Below are positions 18,995-29,338 of a DNA stretch of 64,000 nucleotides, in pieces. Location of the stretch: assembly GCA_038204335.1 (NCBI GenBank), contig JBBRDA010000001.1, positions 12,468 to 76,467 on the forward strand. The letters are read 5' to 3'. The translations under genes were made by a program, and so were the position numbers. The notes beneath the pieces were generated by a model. It was not told the origin of the DNA and made no database searches. It worked only from the letters and a program-made list of their open reading frames with translations. Numbering within the stretch: position 1 is the stretch's first letter; every line of letters begins with the position of its first letter. The stretch comes from Burkholderiales bacterium (GTDB taxonomy: Bacteria > Pseudomonadota > Gammaproteobacteria > Burkholderiales > Burkholderiaceae_C).

Positions 18995-20473
18995 TCATGC
19001 GGCCGCTCCTACTTTTGAATACCCGAACAATTCTGTGAGGCTGTGGAGCTCAACCACCGTGCGACCGGCCTGGCGAGCCTCGCGTTCGGCACGGTCACGC
19101 ATTTGTTTGGCTGCTGAAATGCGAACCAACACAGGTTCCGCCTCAATCAGCTCTTCAAGCAACGCGTGCGCTTCAGGCGTCCACGAAATCGGCTTGTCGG
19201 CGTTGATGCGGCCAGGTGTTGAGTCAATCTTGTCGAGCTCGGTACCCAGCGGCAAAATATGAAATAGGGCGTCAAACAACGCGTTACAAAACTCTTGAAT
19301 AAGGTATGTGGCTCCGGCATAACCCATGAATGGCGTGCCGGTGTGACGACGAATAATGGGTAGCGGAAATGACGCGGGGATAAACGTCGTCTTCATCATT
19401 CCGCCGCCGCCGCACTCGGCCAGATACATTCGTTCGTTGTAACTGCCGTACATCACCAGTGGCGTTTTAGTGGCGGTCAAGCGACGCACCTCTGCGTTAT
19501 CGGTTTTGGCACCGGGGCAACGCGCAATAGCAAAGTTGCAGGGTAGGCCCATTTCAACTTCAAGAAAATGTCGAATACCTCGCGTGTAGGTTTCGTTAGC
19601 AACCACTGCAAAACTGGCGGTGCCGAAAAAGTCTTGGGTGACCGAACGCCACAAGTCCCAAATCGGCTTGATGGTGGTGTGCTTTTCTCGTTCAATAAAA
19701 GGCTCAGGGTCAAGACCCAGCAAGTCACCTAACTTCCGCAGGAATTTGGTTGTGCTGTGCAGCCCAATCGGCGCTTGAAGATATGGACGCTCAAGCGCTT
19801 CACACAGCATGCGGCCGAACTCGCGGTACATGCAAATATTCACATCAGCTTCAACGAGGCGCGATACGTCGGCCAAGTGGCTGCCGAGCGGGAACACCAT
19901 GTTGATTTCCGCGCCAATACCTTGTACCAAGCGGCGGATTTCAGCCAGATCGCTGGGGCTATTGAACGTACCGTAGCTGGGGCCAATGATGTTCACTCTG
20001 GGCTTTTCACCAGGCGCACGTTCGGCTGCTGGTTTGCGGGCCGGCACGTGCTTAAGACCATACTCAGACCACAGCCAGAACATCGCGCGGTTCGCGCACT
20101 GCCACTGGTCTTCGTCAATCGTGCGGGGCAAAAAGCGCTGAATGTTGGTACCTGCGGGTGTCACGCCGCCACCAATCATTTCTGCAATAGAACCTGTGAC
20201 CACCACCGAAGGCAAATCTGGATCCAATGCGGCATGCGCACGGCGCATTGAACCCTCGGTGCCTTCCCGGCCCAATTGCTCTTCCGCCAAGCCCGTCACC
20301 ACAATCGGTAATTCATGGGGCGGCAGCGCATCGGTGTAATGCAACACGGACGTGACAGGCAAATTCTCACAACCCACCGGGCCGTCAATTACCACCTGTA
20401 AGCCTTTGATGGCGGTGAAAACATACACCGCTCCCCAATAGCCGCCTGCACGATCGTGATCTAGAACTAGCAT
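18995..20473 (-). CDS. bchZ: Chlorophyllide a reductase subunit Z
   Basis: 492 aa with N-terminus [39 protein letters not shown] typical of BchZ. Confidence 0.9.
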   Translation of the reverse strand: MLVLDHDRAGGYWGAVYVFTAIKGLQVVIDGPVGCENLPVTSVLHYTDALPPHELPIVVTGLAEEQLGREGTEGSMRRAHAALDPDLPSVVVTGSIAEMIGGGVTPAGTNIQRFLPRTIDEDQWQCANRAMFWLWSEYGLKHVPARKPAAERAPGEKPRVNIIGPSYGTFNSPSDLAEIRRLVQGIGAEINMVFPLGSHLADVSRLVEADVNICMYREFGRMLCEALERPYLQAPIGLHSTTKFLRKLGDLLGLDPEPFIEREKHTTIKPIWDLWRSVTQDFFGTASFAVVANETYTRGIRHFLEVEMGLPCNFAIARCPGAKTDNAEVRRLTATKTPLVMYGSYNERMYLAECGGGGMMKTTFIPASFPLPIIRRHTGTPFMGYAGATYLIQEFCNALFDALFHILPLGTELDKIDSTPGRINADKPISWTPEAHALLEELIEAEPVLVRISAAKQMRDRAEREARQAGRTVVELHSLTELFGYSKVGAAA

Positions 20474-20474
20474 G

Positions 20475-22034
20475 TCAGATCATTTCCTCGGCTTTACGCT
20501 TTTTGGCCATCTTCACGGCCAATCTGCGTTGCTCGGCCTTGAATTCAGGACGGTCTTGTGGAATGCCTTGTGCGGCTTCCCAAACGCCAGTCGAATGACC
20601 TGTGCCGACCGAGCCAAAGAATTCTTTCATCTCATCAAAGCGGGCTTTGTTGGCAATTGCCGCGTTGACAACGGTTGCCAAAGAGCCAGCTCCGGCTGGG
20701 CCCATCAAAGGACGCGCTGAAATGAGGTTTGTGAAATACAGCGACGGGATCGTCAACTCTTTAGCGGCTTGCACGACCGGCGTGGTGCCAATAGCCAGAT
20801 CGGGCTTGAACTCATGCACAGCCGCGAGGTCTTGCTCCAGCGACGCGCGGAACTGCACCATCACGCCCTTACTTTCAAGCCACTGGACATCCGCCTCGTT
20901 CCACGCTGTACGGGGGCAAGCGCTTCCCACATAGCGAAGGTCAGCGCCGCTTTCAACCAGCAGGCGGCCGACGAGCAATTCAGAGCCTTCATAGCCACTC
21001 AGTGTGATGCGGCCTTTGATCGGCGTTTTGCCAAGCACCGCTTTAATGGCGGGAAGAAACTTGTTTTTAGCAGCATCAATATCGCTCTGCGCAATATTGG
21101 TCGCTTGGCCAATGGCTTGCAACCATGCTTCAGTGCCGTCATAGCCCACAGGTGCAGAACCCACGACGGCACGGCCAGCGGCGTCGAACTCGCGAACGCT
21201 GGCTGTATAAAACGGATGAATCGCAGCCACCGCAGCGCAATCAAGCGCGGCATACAACTCACGCCACTCTCTCGTAGGTACGCTCGGCCCTGCAGCCAGG
21301 CCCATAGGCTCCAGCATCATGCCGATGATGACGGGGTCAGCCGGGAACATCTCTCCGAGCAAGGTGATAGTGGGCTTGTCAGATTTCCCGTTGCGCGGCG
21401 CTTGCACGGGACCTGCCAACGCTTCGGTACGTGCGTATTTCAGCATCGCTCCAGCCAAAACGTCTTTCGCCTCAGCATGGGTGGGCACACCAAAACCAGG
21501 CACATCGATACCAATGATGCGTACGCCGTTGATTTCTTTCGGCAAAATTTGCAGCGGCACGCCACTGGCCGTAGGCACACACAAATTAATGATGACGATA
21601 GCGTCATACAGGGCCGGGTCAGCTTGTTGAAAGACGGCTTCGCGAATGTCCTCAAAGAGCTTGCCCGTCACCAAGGACTCTGAGTTAAACGGAACATAGC
21701 CGACGCTGCGTTTGGCACCGTAAAAGTGCGAGGTAAACGTCAGACCGTAAACGCAGCAGGCTGAGCCCGACAAAATTGTGGCGGTGCGGCGCATGCGCAG
21801 GCCGACGCGTAGCGAACCGAATGCAGGGCACATGCTTTGCGGCTGATCGTGCGGTCCGGCTTTGGGGTTCTTGGGGTAGTCCTTGGCGTACTGGTCAAGA
21901 ATCTCTGACTTGCCAGCAGACTTAGCCGCAGCCAACATGGCATCACCGCCGCTATGGCAGCCCATACCGTCACCTTCGAGCGCCGTCGAAATCGGCGCTT
22001 TTGGCATCGGGATGATTGGGATAACAGCGTTCAT
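20475..22034 (-). CDS. bchY: Chlorophyllide a reductase subunit Y
   Basis: 519 aa NifD/BchN-like protein. Position between bchX and bchZ. Confidence 0.9.
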   Translation of the reverse strand: MNAVIPIIPMPKAPISTALEGDGMGCHSGGDAMLAAAKSAGKSEILDQYAKDYPKNPKAGPHDQPQSMCPAFGSLRVGLRMRRTATILSGSACCVYGLTFTSHFYGAKRSVGYVPFNSESLVTGKLFEDIREAVFQQADPALYDAIVIINLCVPTASGVPLQILPKEINGVRIIGIDVPGFGVPTHAEAKDVLAGAMLKYARTEALAGPVQAPRNGKSDKPTITLLGEMFPADPVIIGMMLEPMGLAAGPSVPTREWRELYAALDCAAVAAIHPFYTASVREFDAAGRAVVGSAPVGYDGTEAWLQAIGQATNIAQSDIDAAKNKFLPAIKAVLGKTPIKGRITLSGYEGSELLVGRLLVESGADLRYVGSACPRTAWNEADVQWLESKGVMVQFRASLEQDLAAVHEFKPDLAIGTTPVVQAAKELTIPSLYFTNLISARPLMGPAGAGSLATVVNAAIANKARFDEMKEFFGSVGTGHSTGVWEAAQGIPQDRPEFKAEQRRLAVKMAKKRKAEEMI

Positions 22035-22049
22035 GTTGTTTGTGCTTGG

Positions 22050-23054
22050 TCAGACTTCGTCGTAAACGACTTCAAGCGTTTCTTTGACAGTTTCTTTTTT
22101 GCCGCACATGTCAAATTGGGTCGCTGGCTCCAGCACCACGTTGCGGCCCACCACGTCAGCAGAGAACAAACCCAGCAGCTGGTCTTGCGTCATAGGCTTC
22201 GGGCGAATCGGCTGGGACGTGCCCACGTTTTCTGCGAGCTGCGCAAACATGGGTCCCCATACTGAGTCGGGGCGACCAATAATTTCGTAGCTGGCGCTTT
22301 TGCGGCGAATGTCGTCGTTGGCCGGAATAATTGACAACACAGGAATGCCGACTTTTTCAGCAAAGGCCGATGCCTCGCCGGTACCGTCATCGCGGTTAAT
22401 GACCATGCCCGCTACGCCGACGTTGCCGCCCAGCTTGCGGAAGTACTCAACTGCCGAACAAACGTTGTTAGCGACGTAGAGTGACTGCAAATCATTGCTG
22501 GCCACCACAATGACTTTTTGGCACATATCGCGGGCGATCGGCAAGCCGAAACCGCCGCACACCACGTCGCCCAAAAAGTCGAGCAGCACGTAGTCAAAAC
22601 CCCAATCATGAAAGCCAAGCTTTTCAAGCAGTTCAAAACCGTGAATGATGCCGCGCCCTCCGCAGCCCCGGCCAACTTCTGGGCCGCCGAGTTCCATGGC
22701 GTACACACCGTCGCGCTTGAAGCAGACATCACCAATGGCAACCGCCTCGCCAGCGAGCTTTTTCTTAGATGACGTTTCAATAATGGTTGGGCAAGCGCGC
22801 CCACCAAACAACAAGCTGGTGGTATCGCTTTTCGGATCGCATCCGATCAGCAAGACCTTCTTGCCCTGCTGCGCCATCATGTAGCTCAGGTTGGCCAATG
22901 TGAAGCTTTTGCCAATGCCGCCTTTGCCGTAGATGGCAATAATTTGTGTTTCCTTGTTGGCCTCACCGGTCTTCATGGGTGTTGGCTCAATGGCAGCTTC
23001 GGCCCGAAGGTCTCTGACCATGATGGTTGTCGGGTTCATGCGGTGTGTTTCCAA
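22050..23054 (-). CDS. bchX: Chlorophyllide a reductase Fe protein subunit X
   Basis: NifH-like P-loop IYGKGGIGKSFT and cluster ligands DVVCGGFG. Confidence 0.9.
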   Translation of the reverse strand: METHRMNPTTIMVRDLRAEAAIEPTPMKTGEANKETQIIAIYGKGGIGKSFTLANLSYMMAQQGKKVLLIGCDPKSDTTSLLFGGRACPTIIETSSKKKLAGEAVAIGDVCFKRDGVYAMELGGPEVGRGCGGRGIIHGFELLEKLGFHDWGFDYVLLDFLGDVVCGGFGLPIARDMCQKVIVVASNDLQSLYVANNVCSAVEYFRKLGGNVGVAGMVINRDDGTGEASAFAEKVGIPVLSIIPANDDIRRKSASYEIIGRPDSVWGPMFAQLAENVGTSQPIRPKPMTQDQLLGLFSADVVGRNVVLEPATQFDMCGKKETVKETLEVVYDEV

Positions 23055-23971
23055 TCCAAAATCATCTTTAAGCAGTCAGCATCGCCAAATGCCACTTCGT
23101 AGGCATTAGCAGCGTTGGCGGTCTGCTCGGTATGGGTAATCAAACCGTCCAAGGACAATTTGCCGCTATGCGCCAGTGCGGAGACGGCTAACAGGTCGTC
23201 ACGCTGCCACTGCGCGGCAACACGAATTCGCGTCTCACGCATAAAAGCGGGGGCAAAGGCAAAACTCAGCGATTGTTTGTAAAAGCCTGCCAACACAACT
23301 TCGCCTCCTGGCGCTTGGCGGGCAATCGATTTGTCAAGAATCTCTGAATCACCGCTGACGTCGTAAATCGCGCGGTAGTCGCGGCGAGTGTCTTGATCAG
23401 GGTTCACGACGATATAACCTACCGCACCTGACTGGCGAGCGGGATTGATCTCCCAGACGGTCGGTGCAGGGTGGCCAGCGGCAAGCGTCAGGCGGGCAAG
23501 TAGCCGGCCCATGACACCGTGCCCAATGATCAGGTCGGGCGGGGTTTGATTGGCCAGCGTGTGCTGCGATGTAGCGGCAAGTGCCAGCAAGACAGCTTTG
23601 GCACCCAAATGGTCATCAACCGCGACTGTGCGCTCTTGCGGCACCACTAGGCGTGAGGCCGAGCCGCCAAACAGGTTTTTGACGCCCTCAAATGACTGCG
23701 CACCCGGCACAAATACGCGACTACCAACTGGGAGTGTGGTGCCGGGACCTGCCTTGGCAATACGGCCAACTGATTCGTAGCCTGGCACCAGCGGGTAACC
23801 CATTCCGGGGAAGGCGGGCATGGTGCCGTCCCACAGCAAACGCTCAGTGCCGGTACTGATACCGCTGAATTCGATGTTCACCTCTAGCTCACCAGCGGCA
23901 GGAGCCCGTAACTCCAAGCCGCGCAACTCTAGTTGCTTGGGACTTTTAAATACAACGGCTTGTGCTTGCAT
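23036..23971 (-). CDS. bchC: Bacteriochlorophyllide a dehydrogenase BchC
   Basis: 311 aa MDR-type dehydrogenase with N-terminus MQAQAVVFKSPKQLELRGLEL. First gene of bchCXYZ. Confidence 0.9.
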   Translation of the reverse strand: MQAQAVVFKSPKQLELRGLELRAPAAGELEVNIEFSGISTGTERLLWDGTMPAFPGMGYPLVPGYESVGRIAKAGPGTTLPVGSRVFVPGAQSFEGVKNLFGGSASRLVVPQERTVAVDDHLGAKAVLLALAATSQHTLANQTPPDLIIGHGVMGRLLARLTLAAGHPAPTVWEINPARQSGAVGYIVVNPDQDTRRDYRAIYDVSGDSEILDKSIARQAPGGEVVLAGFYKQSLSFAFAPAFMRETRIRVAAQWQRDDLLAVSALAHSGKLSLDGLITHTEQTANAANAYEVAFGDADCLKMILDWKHTA

Positions 23972-23973
23972 GA

Positions 23974-24017
23974 TGTCAGTTTACGTTTACGCTTCAAAGT
24001 GTCAACTGTTATTTACA
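23974..24017 (-). promoter_or_regulatory. Tandem PpsR/CrtJ-type palindromes over a sigma70-like bchC promoter
   Basis: TGT-N12-ACA at 24000-24017 (contains TTGACA on the - strand). An 8 nt gap, then TGT-N12-ACG at 23974-23991 covering TAAACT (16 nt spacer). Confidence 0.7.
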
Positions 24018-24051
24018 GTATTCGCGAGGGTTTTTTGTCTTTTACGGGTAA

Positions 24052-25239
24052 CTACTTAGCTTTTTTGGCGACCAAGATACGCGTTTGCATCGGCATCGGG
24101 TTGCGAAGCAACGCAACGCTGGAAAACCCCGCCTCGGTCATCATGGCGCTGAGCTCGCCCGTTGTCCGCAAACGACCCGCCCCCATTGCCAGCAGATAAA
24201 AATGAAAGTAGGCGTCACCTAAGGGTGGCTGGTCTGGGTTTTGCGCCATCGGTTCAGCCAGCAGCAACGTGCCGCCTGGGGGCAGCGCTGCAAAGATGGC
24301 CCGCAGGATCGTATGGACATGCTCATCGGGGTGGTCATGCGCAACACGAACCAGCGTCACCAGATCGGCGCCCTGCGGCAGTGCATCACGCAGAAAATCG
24401 CCGCCGAAAGCAGTCGCACGATCAGCAAAGCCGCGGCTCGTAAAACTGGCCTGGGCGAGTTCGGCAACCTGTGGCAAATCGAAAAGCTTGAGCTTTAGCT
24501 GCGGATATGTGGCCGCAAGCCGGCCCACAAAAGTACCCTGCCCGCCGCCAACATCGAGCGAGCACTGATGCTGGCCAAAATCATAGGTCGCCAGCACCTC
24601 GTCCACCACGAACGGCTGCGACGCTGACATGAGTTGCGAGTACCGCGCTACTTTGTCGCCTTCCCAAGTGCGGGCGGGAGCGGCTTTCAAGTCTGTACCG
24701 GCGTCAATGGCAGAGTATGGCCAATACGCTGCCATTTGCGCGTCACTCACCTGATCGCGCAGCAGCGCCACCGGGTCCTGCATGTCGTGATACAGCACAG
24801 CGTGGTGCTCAATCATGGCGCGAATTCCGGGGTGACCTGCAACCGGCGCACCTAACGGGCCTAAACCGTAGCGGCCCTGCCCGCGCAGCGCCAGCAGTTT
24901 GAGCGCAACAGCGGAATTGATCAAACGCTGCAGCGCCGAGGCTGGAACCTGGCACTTTTGCGCCAACTCGTCGAGCGTGCGCGGCGCTTCGTTGACCAGC
25001 TCAAAAATACGCAAACGAACGCATGCCAGCAGCACTTGGGAATACACAAAGCCAGCCATCATGTCAAAGACCTGCTTGGCGCGGCGCTGGGTGATCCAGC
25101 GGGTGAAAACATTGGCGGCAGCCCAGCGCGAAAACCCCGGGTCGGTCAGCTTGCTGTCCATCCACGCATCAAAGCGGTCTCTCCATGCGGGCCGGTTGGC
25201 CAGATCAACAGGGAGCTTTGCTAAATCAAGACTCTTCAT
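24052..25239 (-). CDS. crtF: Hydroxyneurosporene / demethylspheroidene O-methyltransferase CrtF
   Basis: 395 aa with a CrtF-type N-terminal dimerisation region (FDMMAGFVYSQVLLACVRL) and a class I SAM-MTase domain (LDVGGGQGTF). Confidence 0.85.
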   Translation of the reverse strand: MKSLDLAKLPVDLANRPAWRDRFDAWMDSKLTDPGFSRWAAANVFTRWITQRRAKQVFDMMAGFVYSQVLLACVRLRIFELVNEAPRTLDELAQKCQVPASALQRLINSAVALKLLALRGQGRYGLGPLGAPVAGHPGIRAMIEHHAVLYHDMQDPVALLRDQVSDAQMAAYWPYSAIDAGTDLKAAPARTWEGDKVARYSQLMSASQPFVVDEVLATYDFGQHQCSLDVGGGQGTFVGRLAATYPQLKLKLFDLPQVAELAQASFTSRGFADRATAFGGDFLRDALPQGADLVTLVRVAHDHPDEHVHTILRAIFAALPPGGTLLLAEPMAQNPDQPPLGDAYFHFYLLAMGAGRLRTTGELSAMMTEAGFSSVALLRNPMPMQTRILVAKKAK

Positions 25240-25290
25240 TCGCTTGCCCTATCTGGCTGTCAAATGGCCGGGCTTCATGACAGATTGCAT

Positions 25291-26190
25291 TCAGGCTTCA
25301 ATCGGCTGGTTTGCTGGCGCGTTTCTGAACTGATCACATGCCGAGCGCGGCACCAAGCGCTCTGACTCTAGGCGCACAAGTTGGCGCATAGCTTCTCTGC
25401 TGGCACATTCAGGTACCGAGTCAATCGCGGACTGCACCAGCTTCTCGAAATGCGCAATGGCGCCCGCCAGCCCCAAGTCAATCGCCGCGCTCGGGCGGCC
25501 TAGCGCCACGTCTTGCCCAACGGGTTTGCCCAGCAGTGCCGGGTCGGCCAGTACATCGCGAATATCGTCGGCCACCTGATAGGCTTCACCTAGCCATTCA
25601 CCCAGCGCGCGCCATGGCTCAGGGTCAGCGCCCGCAGCCTGTGCGCCACCCGCCGTGGCGGCAACGAACAACGCACCTGTTTTGGCGCGCTGATAGGCCG
25701 TCAGCGACACGCGCGACTCAGACTCCCAGGCCTGACCCGCCACGATTCCGAACGGCATACCCACCCCGCTCGCCACTGTGCCAAGCACGGCAGCCATGCG
25801 GGCCGGCGATTTGCCACCTGCCAGCGCAAGGGTTTGAAACGCCAGCACGATCAAGGCGTCGCCAGCGAGCACGGCCAGCGGTTCGCCATAAGCCCAATGC
25901 ACCGAGGCGCGGCCTCTGCGGGTCGGTGCGTCGTCAAAACACGGCAAATCGTCATGTACCAGAGATGCACAGTGCAGCAGCTCTATGGCCACTGCTGCTG
26001 CATCAGCCAGCAGGGGGTCATCGTTACCGCAAGCTTGCGCTACCGCCAGGCACAACTGCGGTCTGATGCGCGCACCACCTGGGAACACAGCATGTCGAAC
26101 AGCACCAGCCAGCTTGGGAGGGCAACCGGGCGACTCGCTCAAGGCCAGCGCTGCCGCCAGGGATTGTTCAATATGTGTGATGGCTTTCAT
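25291..26190 (-). CDS. crtE: Geranylgeranyl diphosphate synthase CrtE
   Basis: Polyprenyl synthase DDxxD-type motifs (LVHDDLPCFDD, QVADDIRD). Start set at ATG 26190, preceded by GAGGAG. Confidence 0.85.
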   Translation of the reverse strand: MKAITHIEQSLAAALALSESPGCPPKLAGAVRHAVFPGGARIRPQLCLAVAQACGNDDPLLADAAAVAIELLHCASLVHDDLPCFDDAPTRRGRASVHWAYGEPLAVLAGDALIVLAFQTLALAGGKSPARMAAVLGTVASGVGMPFGIVAGQAWESESRVSLTAYQRAKTGALFVAATAGGAQAAGADPEPWRALGEWLGEAYQVADDIRDVLADPALLGKPVGQDVALGRPSAAIDLGLAGAIAHFEKLVQSAIDSVPECASREAMRQLVRLESERLVPRSACDQFRNAPANQPIEA

Positions 26191-26259
26191 GCGATGCTCC
26201 TCTAGGGGTACAGGTAACAAACAAAAAATGCTGCGTCAGGCCGACAGGTCAAACCTTAG

Positions 26260-26303
26260 TGTAAATATTACTTGTCATTATTTACTGTCAACTAATATAG
26301 ACA
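26260..26303 (-). promoter_or_regulatory. Tandem PpsR/CrtJ-type palindromes over a sigma70-like crtE promoter
   Basis: TGT-N12-ACA at 26286-26303 (TTGACA on the - strand). An 8 nt gap, then TGT-N12-TCA at 26260-26277 over an AT-rich -10 region (TAATATTT). Confidence 0.65.
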
Positions 26304-26445
26304 CATAAAGCCAAACCGTCAACCCGCTTTAACACGGAGGTTTTTGGTGCCACATCAGGCGTCGGTGATGGGGCGAAGGCGATGTGGGTTGGGCTGGCCC
26401 CGGCAATAGGTTTGCCTGAACGGCTTTTGAGTCGCTTTTGACTCG

Positions 26446-26512
26446 TTTTTGGGTATCAAATAAGCTTCTAGCCCAATAAATACGGGCGCAAGCAGCTACT
26501 TATTTTATAGCG
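26446..26512 (-). repeat. Dispersed ~68 bp repeat, full copy
   Basis: TTTTTGGGTATCAAATAAGCTTCTAGCCCAATAAATACGGGCGCAAGCAGCTACTTATTTTATAGCG. Confidence 0.85.
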
Positions 26513-26524
26513 CTACAGGTGCTT

Positions 26525-27445
26525 TTAACCTAGGCGAAACTGTTCTAAAACCAGATTTGCCACCAGATCCGGTCTTTCCTCATGGGCCAGATGGCCCAGG
26601 CCTGGCAAAGTGCTCAAGCTTGGAGCCTCTAGGCTGGACGACGCGGGCCAAAGCGCCGCAAGACGCGCGGCCTGACGCGGCGTAACCGTCTGGTCGTTGC
26701 TGCCAACGATCAGCGCGAGCCTTGTTTTGAGCAAAGGCAGGTCATGCGCCAGCTGCGGCAGATCCCAGTTGGCCATCATCCCCAGCGCACCGGCGGCATG
26801 GCCGGGGTTGCTGACGAGTTGGCCATAAAGCGCCATGCCTTCGGCGTCGAGCGTCGAGCCGGTGCTGTCAATTAACCGCTGTAGCACCACCGGTTGTCTG
26901 GCCTGCCATGAAAACAGAGTCGGCACAAACGGCAGTGCCGACATCAGTTTGGCTGCTGGCGAAAACACCTGCCCCGCCAGCCCACCCAATGGCAACAAAG
27001 CGCCATTGATGCTGACCAGCAGTTGTGGCGCGATCAAGCCATCCAGACACATTCGCGCGCCGACTGCTGCGCCCGCCGAATGCCCAATGACTATGGCGGG
27101 CTCTATATTCAAAGTTTGAAGTAACGCACCCAGGGCTGCGGCCATGCCGGGCAGTGACATTTGCTGTGACCCAGCCCCGCCAGACGGCATATCTGTAAAC
27201 GCGTGACCAGGCAGGTCCATCGCCAGCACCCTGAAATGCGGTGCTAAAAGCGGAATGAGTCCGCGCCATGAATGGGTTGCCGCGCCCGTGCCGTGAATCA
27301 GCACCGCGGCAGGCGCCTGCGGGTCGGCTGACTCGAACTGTTGAACATGCCATTTAAGCCCGGCAGCCTGCACAAAACGACTGGCCTGCCGGTGTGGCCA
27401 ATTCAGGCCATCGGTTTCCCATGTCAGTCGTTGTGCCATACCCAA
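26525..27445 (-). CDS. bchO: Alpha/beta hydrolase BchO (Mg-chelatase accessory protein)
   Basis: GHSAG nucleophile elbow. Position directly after bchI-bchD. Confidence 0.75.
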   Translation of the reverse strand: MGMAQRLTWETDGLNWPHRQASRFVQAAGLKWHVQQFESADPQAPAAVLIHGTGAATHSWRGLIPLLAPHFRVLAMDLPGHAFTDMPSGGAGSQQMSLPGMAAALGALLQTLNIEPAIVIGHSAGAAVGARMCLDGLIAPQLLVSINGALLPLGGLAGQVFSPAAKLMSALPFVPTLFSWQARQPVVLQRLIDSTGSTLDAEGMALYGQLVSNPGHAAGALGMMANWDLPQLAHDLPLLKTRLALIVGSNDQTVTPRQAARLAALWPASSSLEAPSLSTLPGLGHLAHEERPDLVANLVLEQFRLG

Positions 27446-27457
27446 TACTTCGCCGTA

Positions 27458-29338
27458 TCAACGCTGGCTTGAACCAGCGGCCGCGCGCACCACCCGCGAC
27501 AGCATGTGCGCACCCGCATACGGCAGCGGTACGTAAGCGGCACCCATTTCACGCGCCAGTTGCTCGGCCGCCGGCTGGGGCTGTGGTGAGGTGTCCATCA
27601 GCAGGCAGGTCAGGCCGGCCATCCGTATCTGGCGGGCGGCAGCCAAAGCGTCTTGACTGGCGCGTGCGCGGCCTGGTGCGCCGTCGCGCGCGATGTTGCC
27701 GCGCCCGTCGGTCAGCAGCACGATGATCGGTGTCTCGCCTCGGCGACTGATTTGGTCCGCCAGCTCGCGTGCGGCATCAATGGCGGTCGCCAGCGGCGTG
27801 CCACCACCGCCCGGTAACCCGGCCAAGCTGCGCTTGGCACGCGCCAGCGAACGGGTAGGCGGCAGCAGCAGCTCGGCAGTTTTACCCCTGAAACCCAGCA
27901 CGCTTACCCGGTCACGCCGCACATAACAATCAGCCAGCAAAAGCTCTACCGCGCCCTTGGCCTCGGCCAGCCGGTTCAGCGCTGACGAGCCCGACGCATC
28001 GACCACAAACACCGTCGTGGTCTGGCCGACCTGCTTGAATCGGGTGATGTGAAAGTCTTCACGCCGGACATACACACGCTGGCGTGTCGGCACCTGACCG
28101 GGGCTGACTTGCTGGGCCTGCAGCGCGCGCAAGGCGGCCTCGCGCTGGCGCAACTTTTGCCAAGGCGCTGCGGCGCGCAGGGTTTCAATCACATTCAGAC
28201 GCGCGCCTGCCCGCGGCTCGCCGCGCCGCGCACCCAAGGGCCGACCACGCGTTTGGCTTTTTTGCACTGCACCCGAGCGCCCGGCGGCTTGCGCCCTTGA
28301 CCTGGCGGCCTGCCCCAGTTTGAGCGCAGCCAGCAAGCCGGGAGGTATCGCGGCCTGCGCGGCCTCAAGTACCGTATCAGCCAGTGAGCTGCCAGCATCG
28401 GTATCGGTCAGGTCGGTATCGGGCGGCGTATCGTCTGTTGACTCAGAATCGTTTGACGCAAGACTTTCAGGCTGCGTGTCTTTAGGCTGGGGCGGGGTTT
28501 GCTCGGCTGGCTCTTCAGCCGGGTTATCGTCTTCACCGTCAGTTTCTTCAGCCTGATCCTCGGGCTGAGGCGCAGGCAAGCGAGTCGCGCGAGGGGCCAG
28601 CACCAGTCTGGCAGCCACCGCCACATGCTCTTGATGCACCTGGGTCTGCCCCGACAAGGCAGCCGCCGCGCGTGCAACCCGCAGGGCCAGCAAGGGCGCA
28701 CGCAAAGAGTCAATACCCAGAGCCAGCGCGGCCGCACACAGCGCCTGCAGCGTTTCGTCGCTCGCCGTTACGCGTGGCAGCAAAGTCCTGGCTCGGCTGA
28801 CTTCGTCCGTCTGCCAAGTCACATCGTCGTGCGCATCATCCGCGCCGACCCGCCCATCCAGCACCACATGAAAAGCCAGTCGGTCAAGCAATGCGGCAGG
28901 CAGCTTTTCATCGTCGCCAGCACCTTCGTCCAACGCCACTACACCCAAGCGGGCAGGCCGCCTTACCGTCAGCCCGTCGCGCTCAATCACGACTTCATGG
29001 GTGTCGATCACGGCTGCCAACCGTGCCGCAGTACCCGCAGACAAACGCTCGGCCATGGCCAACAGCACCACGCCGCCATCTGATTGGGCCAGTACGCCCT
29101 GCTGGGCAATCGCCCTGCCTGCGTGCAAGGTAGCACCCAAGTCCAGCCCGCCCAGCAAAGCGGTGTCATTGATGTTCAAAGGTATGCGCCTGAACGGCGT
29201 GCTGGCGGGCAAAAGCTGCTTGAGCAGACTCAGCCATTCGTCGCGCTCACCTCCCGCAGAGGCACGCAAGGCCACACCGCCCAAGCCTGACGGATCAACC
29301 GCCAGCAACGCTGCAACCGTTGCAGCATCGCCGACCAT
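27458..29338 (-). CDS. bchD: Mg-chelatase subunit D
   Basis: 626 aa with an AAA-like N-domain, an acidic/Pro-rich linker (EETDGEDDNPAEEPAEQTPPQP) and a C-terminal VWA domain (DASGS MIDAS motif). Confidence 0.9.
   Translation of the reverse strand: MVGDAATVAALLAVDPSGLGGVALRASAGGERDEWLSLLKQLLPASTPFRRIPLNINDTALLGGLDLGATLHAGRAIAQQGVLAQSDGGVVLLAMAERLSAGTAARLAAVIDTHEVVIERDGLTVRRPARLGVVALDEGAGDDEKLPAALLDRLAFHVVLDGRVGADDAHDDVTWQTDEVSRARTLLPRVTASDETLQALCAAALALGIDSLRAPLLALRVARAAAALSGQTQVHQEHVAVAARLVLAPRATRLPAPQPEDQAEETDGEDDNPAEEPAEQTPPQPKDTQPESLASNDSESTDDTPPDTDLTDTDAGSSLADTVLEAAQAAIPPGLLAALKLGQAARSRAQAAGRSGAVQKSQTRGRPLGARRGEPRAGARLNVIETLRAAAPWQKLRQREAALRALQAQQVSPGQVPTRQRVYVRREDFHITRFKQVGQTTTVFVVDASGSSALNRLAEAKGAVELLLADCYVRRDRVSVLGFRGKTAELLLPPTRSLARAKRSLAGLPGGGGTPLATAIDAARELADQISRRGETPIIVLLTDGRGNIARDGAPGRARASQDALAAARQIRMAGLTCLLMDTSPQPQPAAEQLAREMGAAYVPLPYAGAHMLSRVVRAAAGSSQR

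Noticed and set aside
26425-26445. GAGTC-GCTTTT-GACTC hairpin followed by a T-run as the bchO terminator
   Set aside because: The T-run follows the hairpin only on the + strand, whereas bchO is on the - strand. The stem is only 5 bp.
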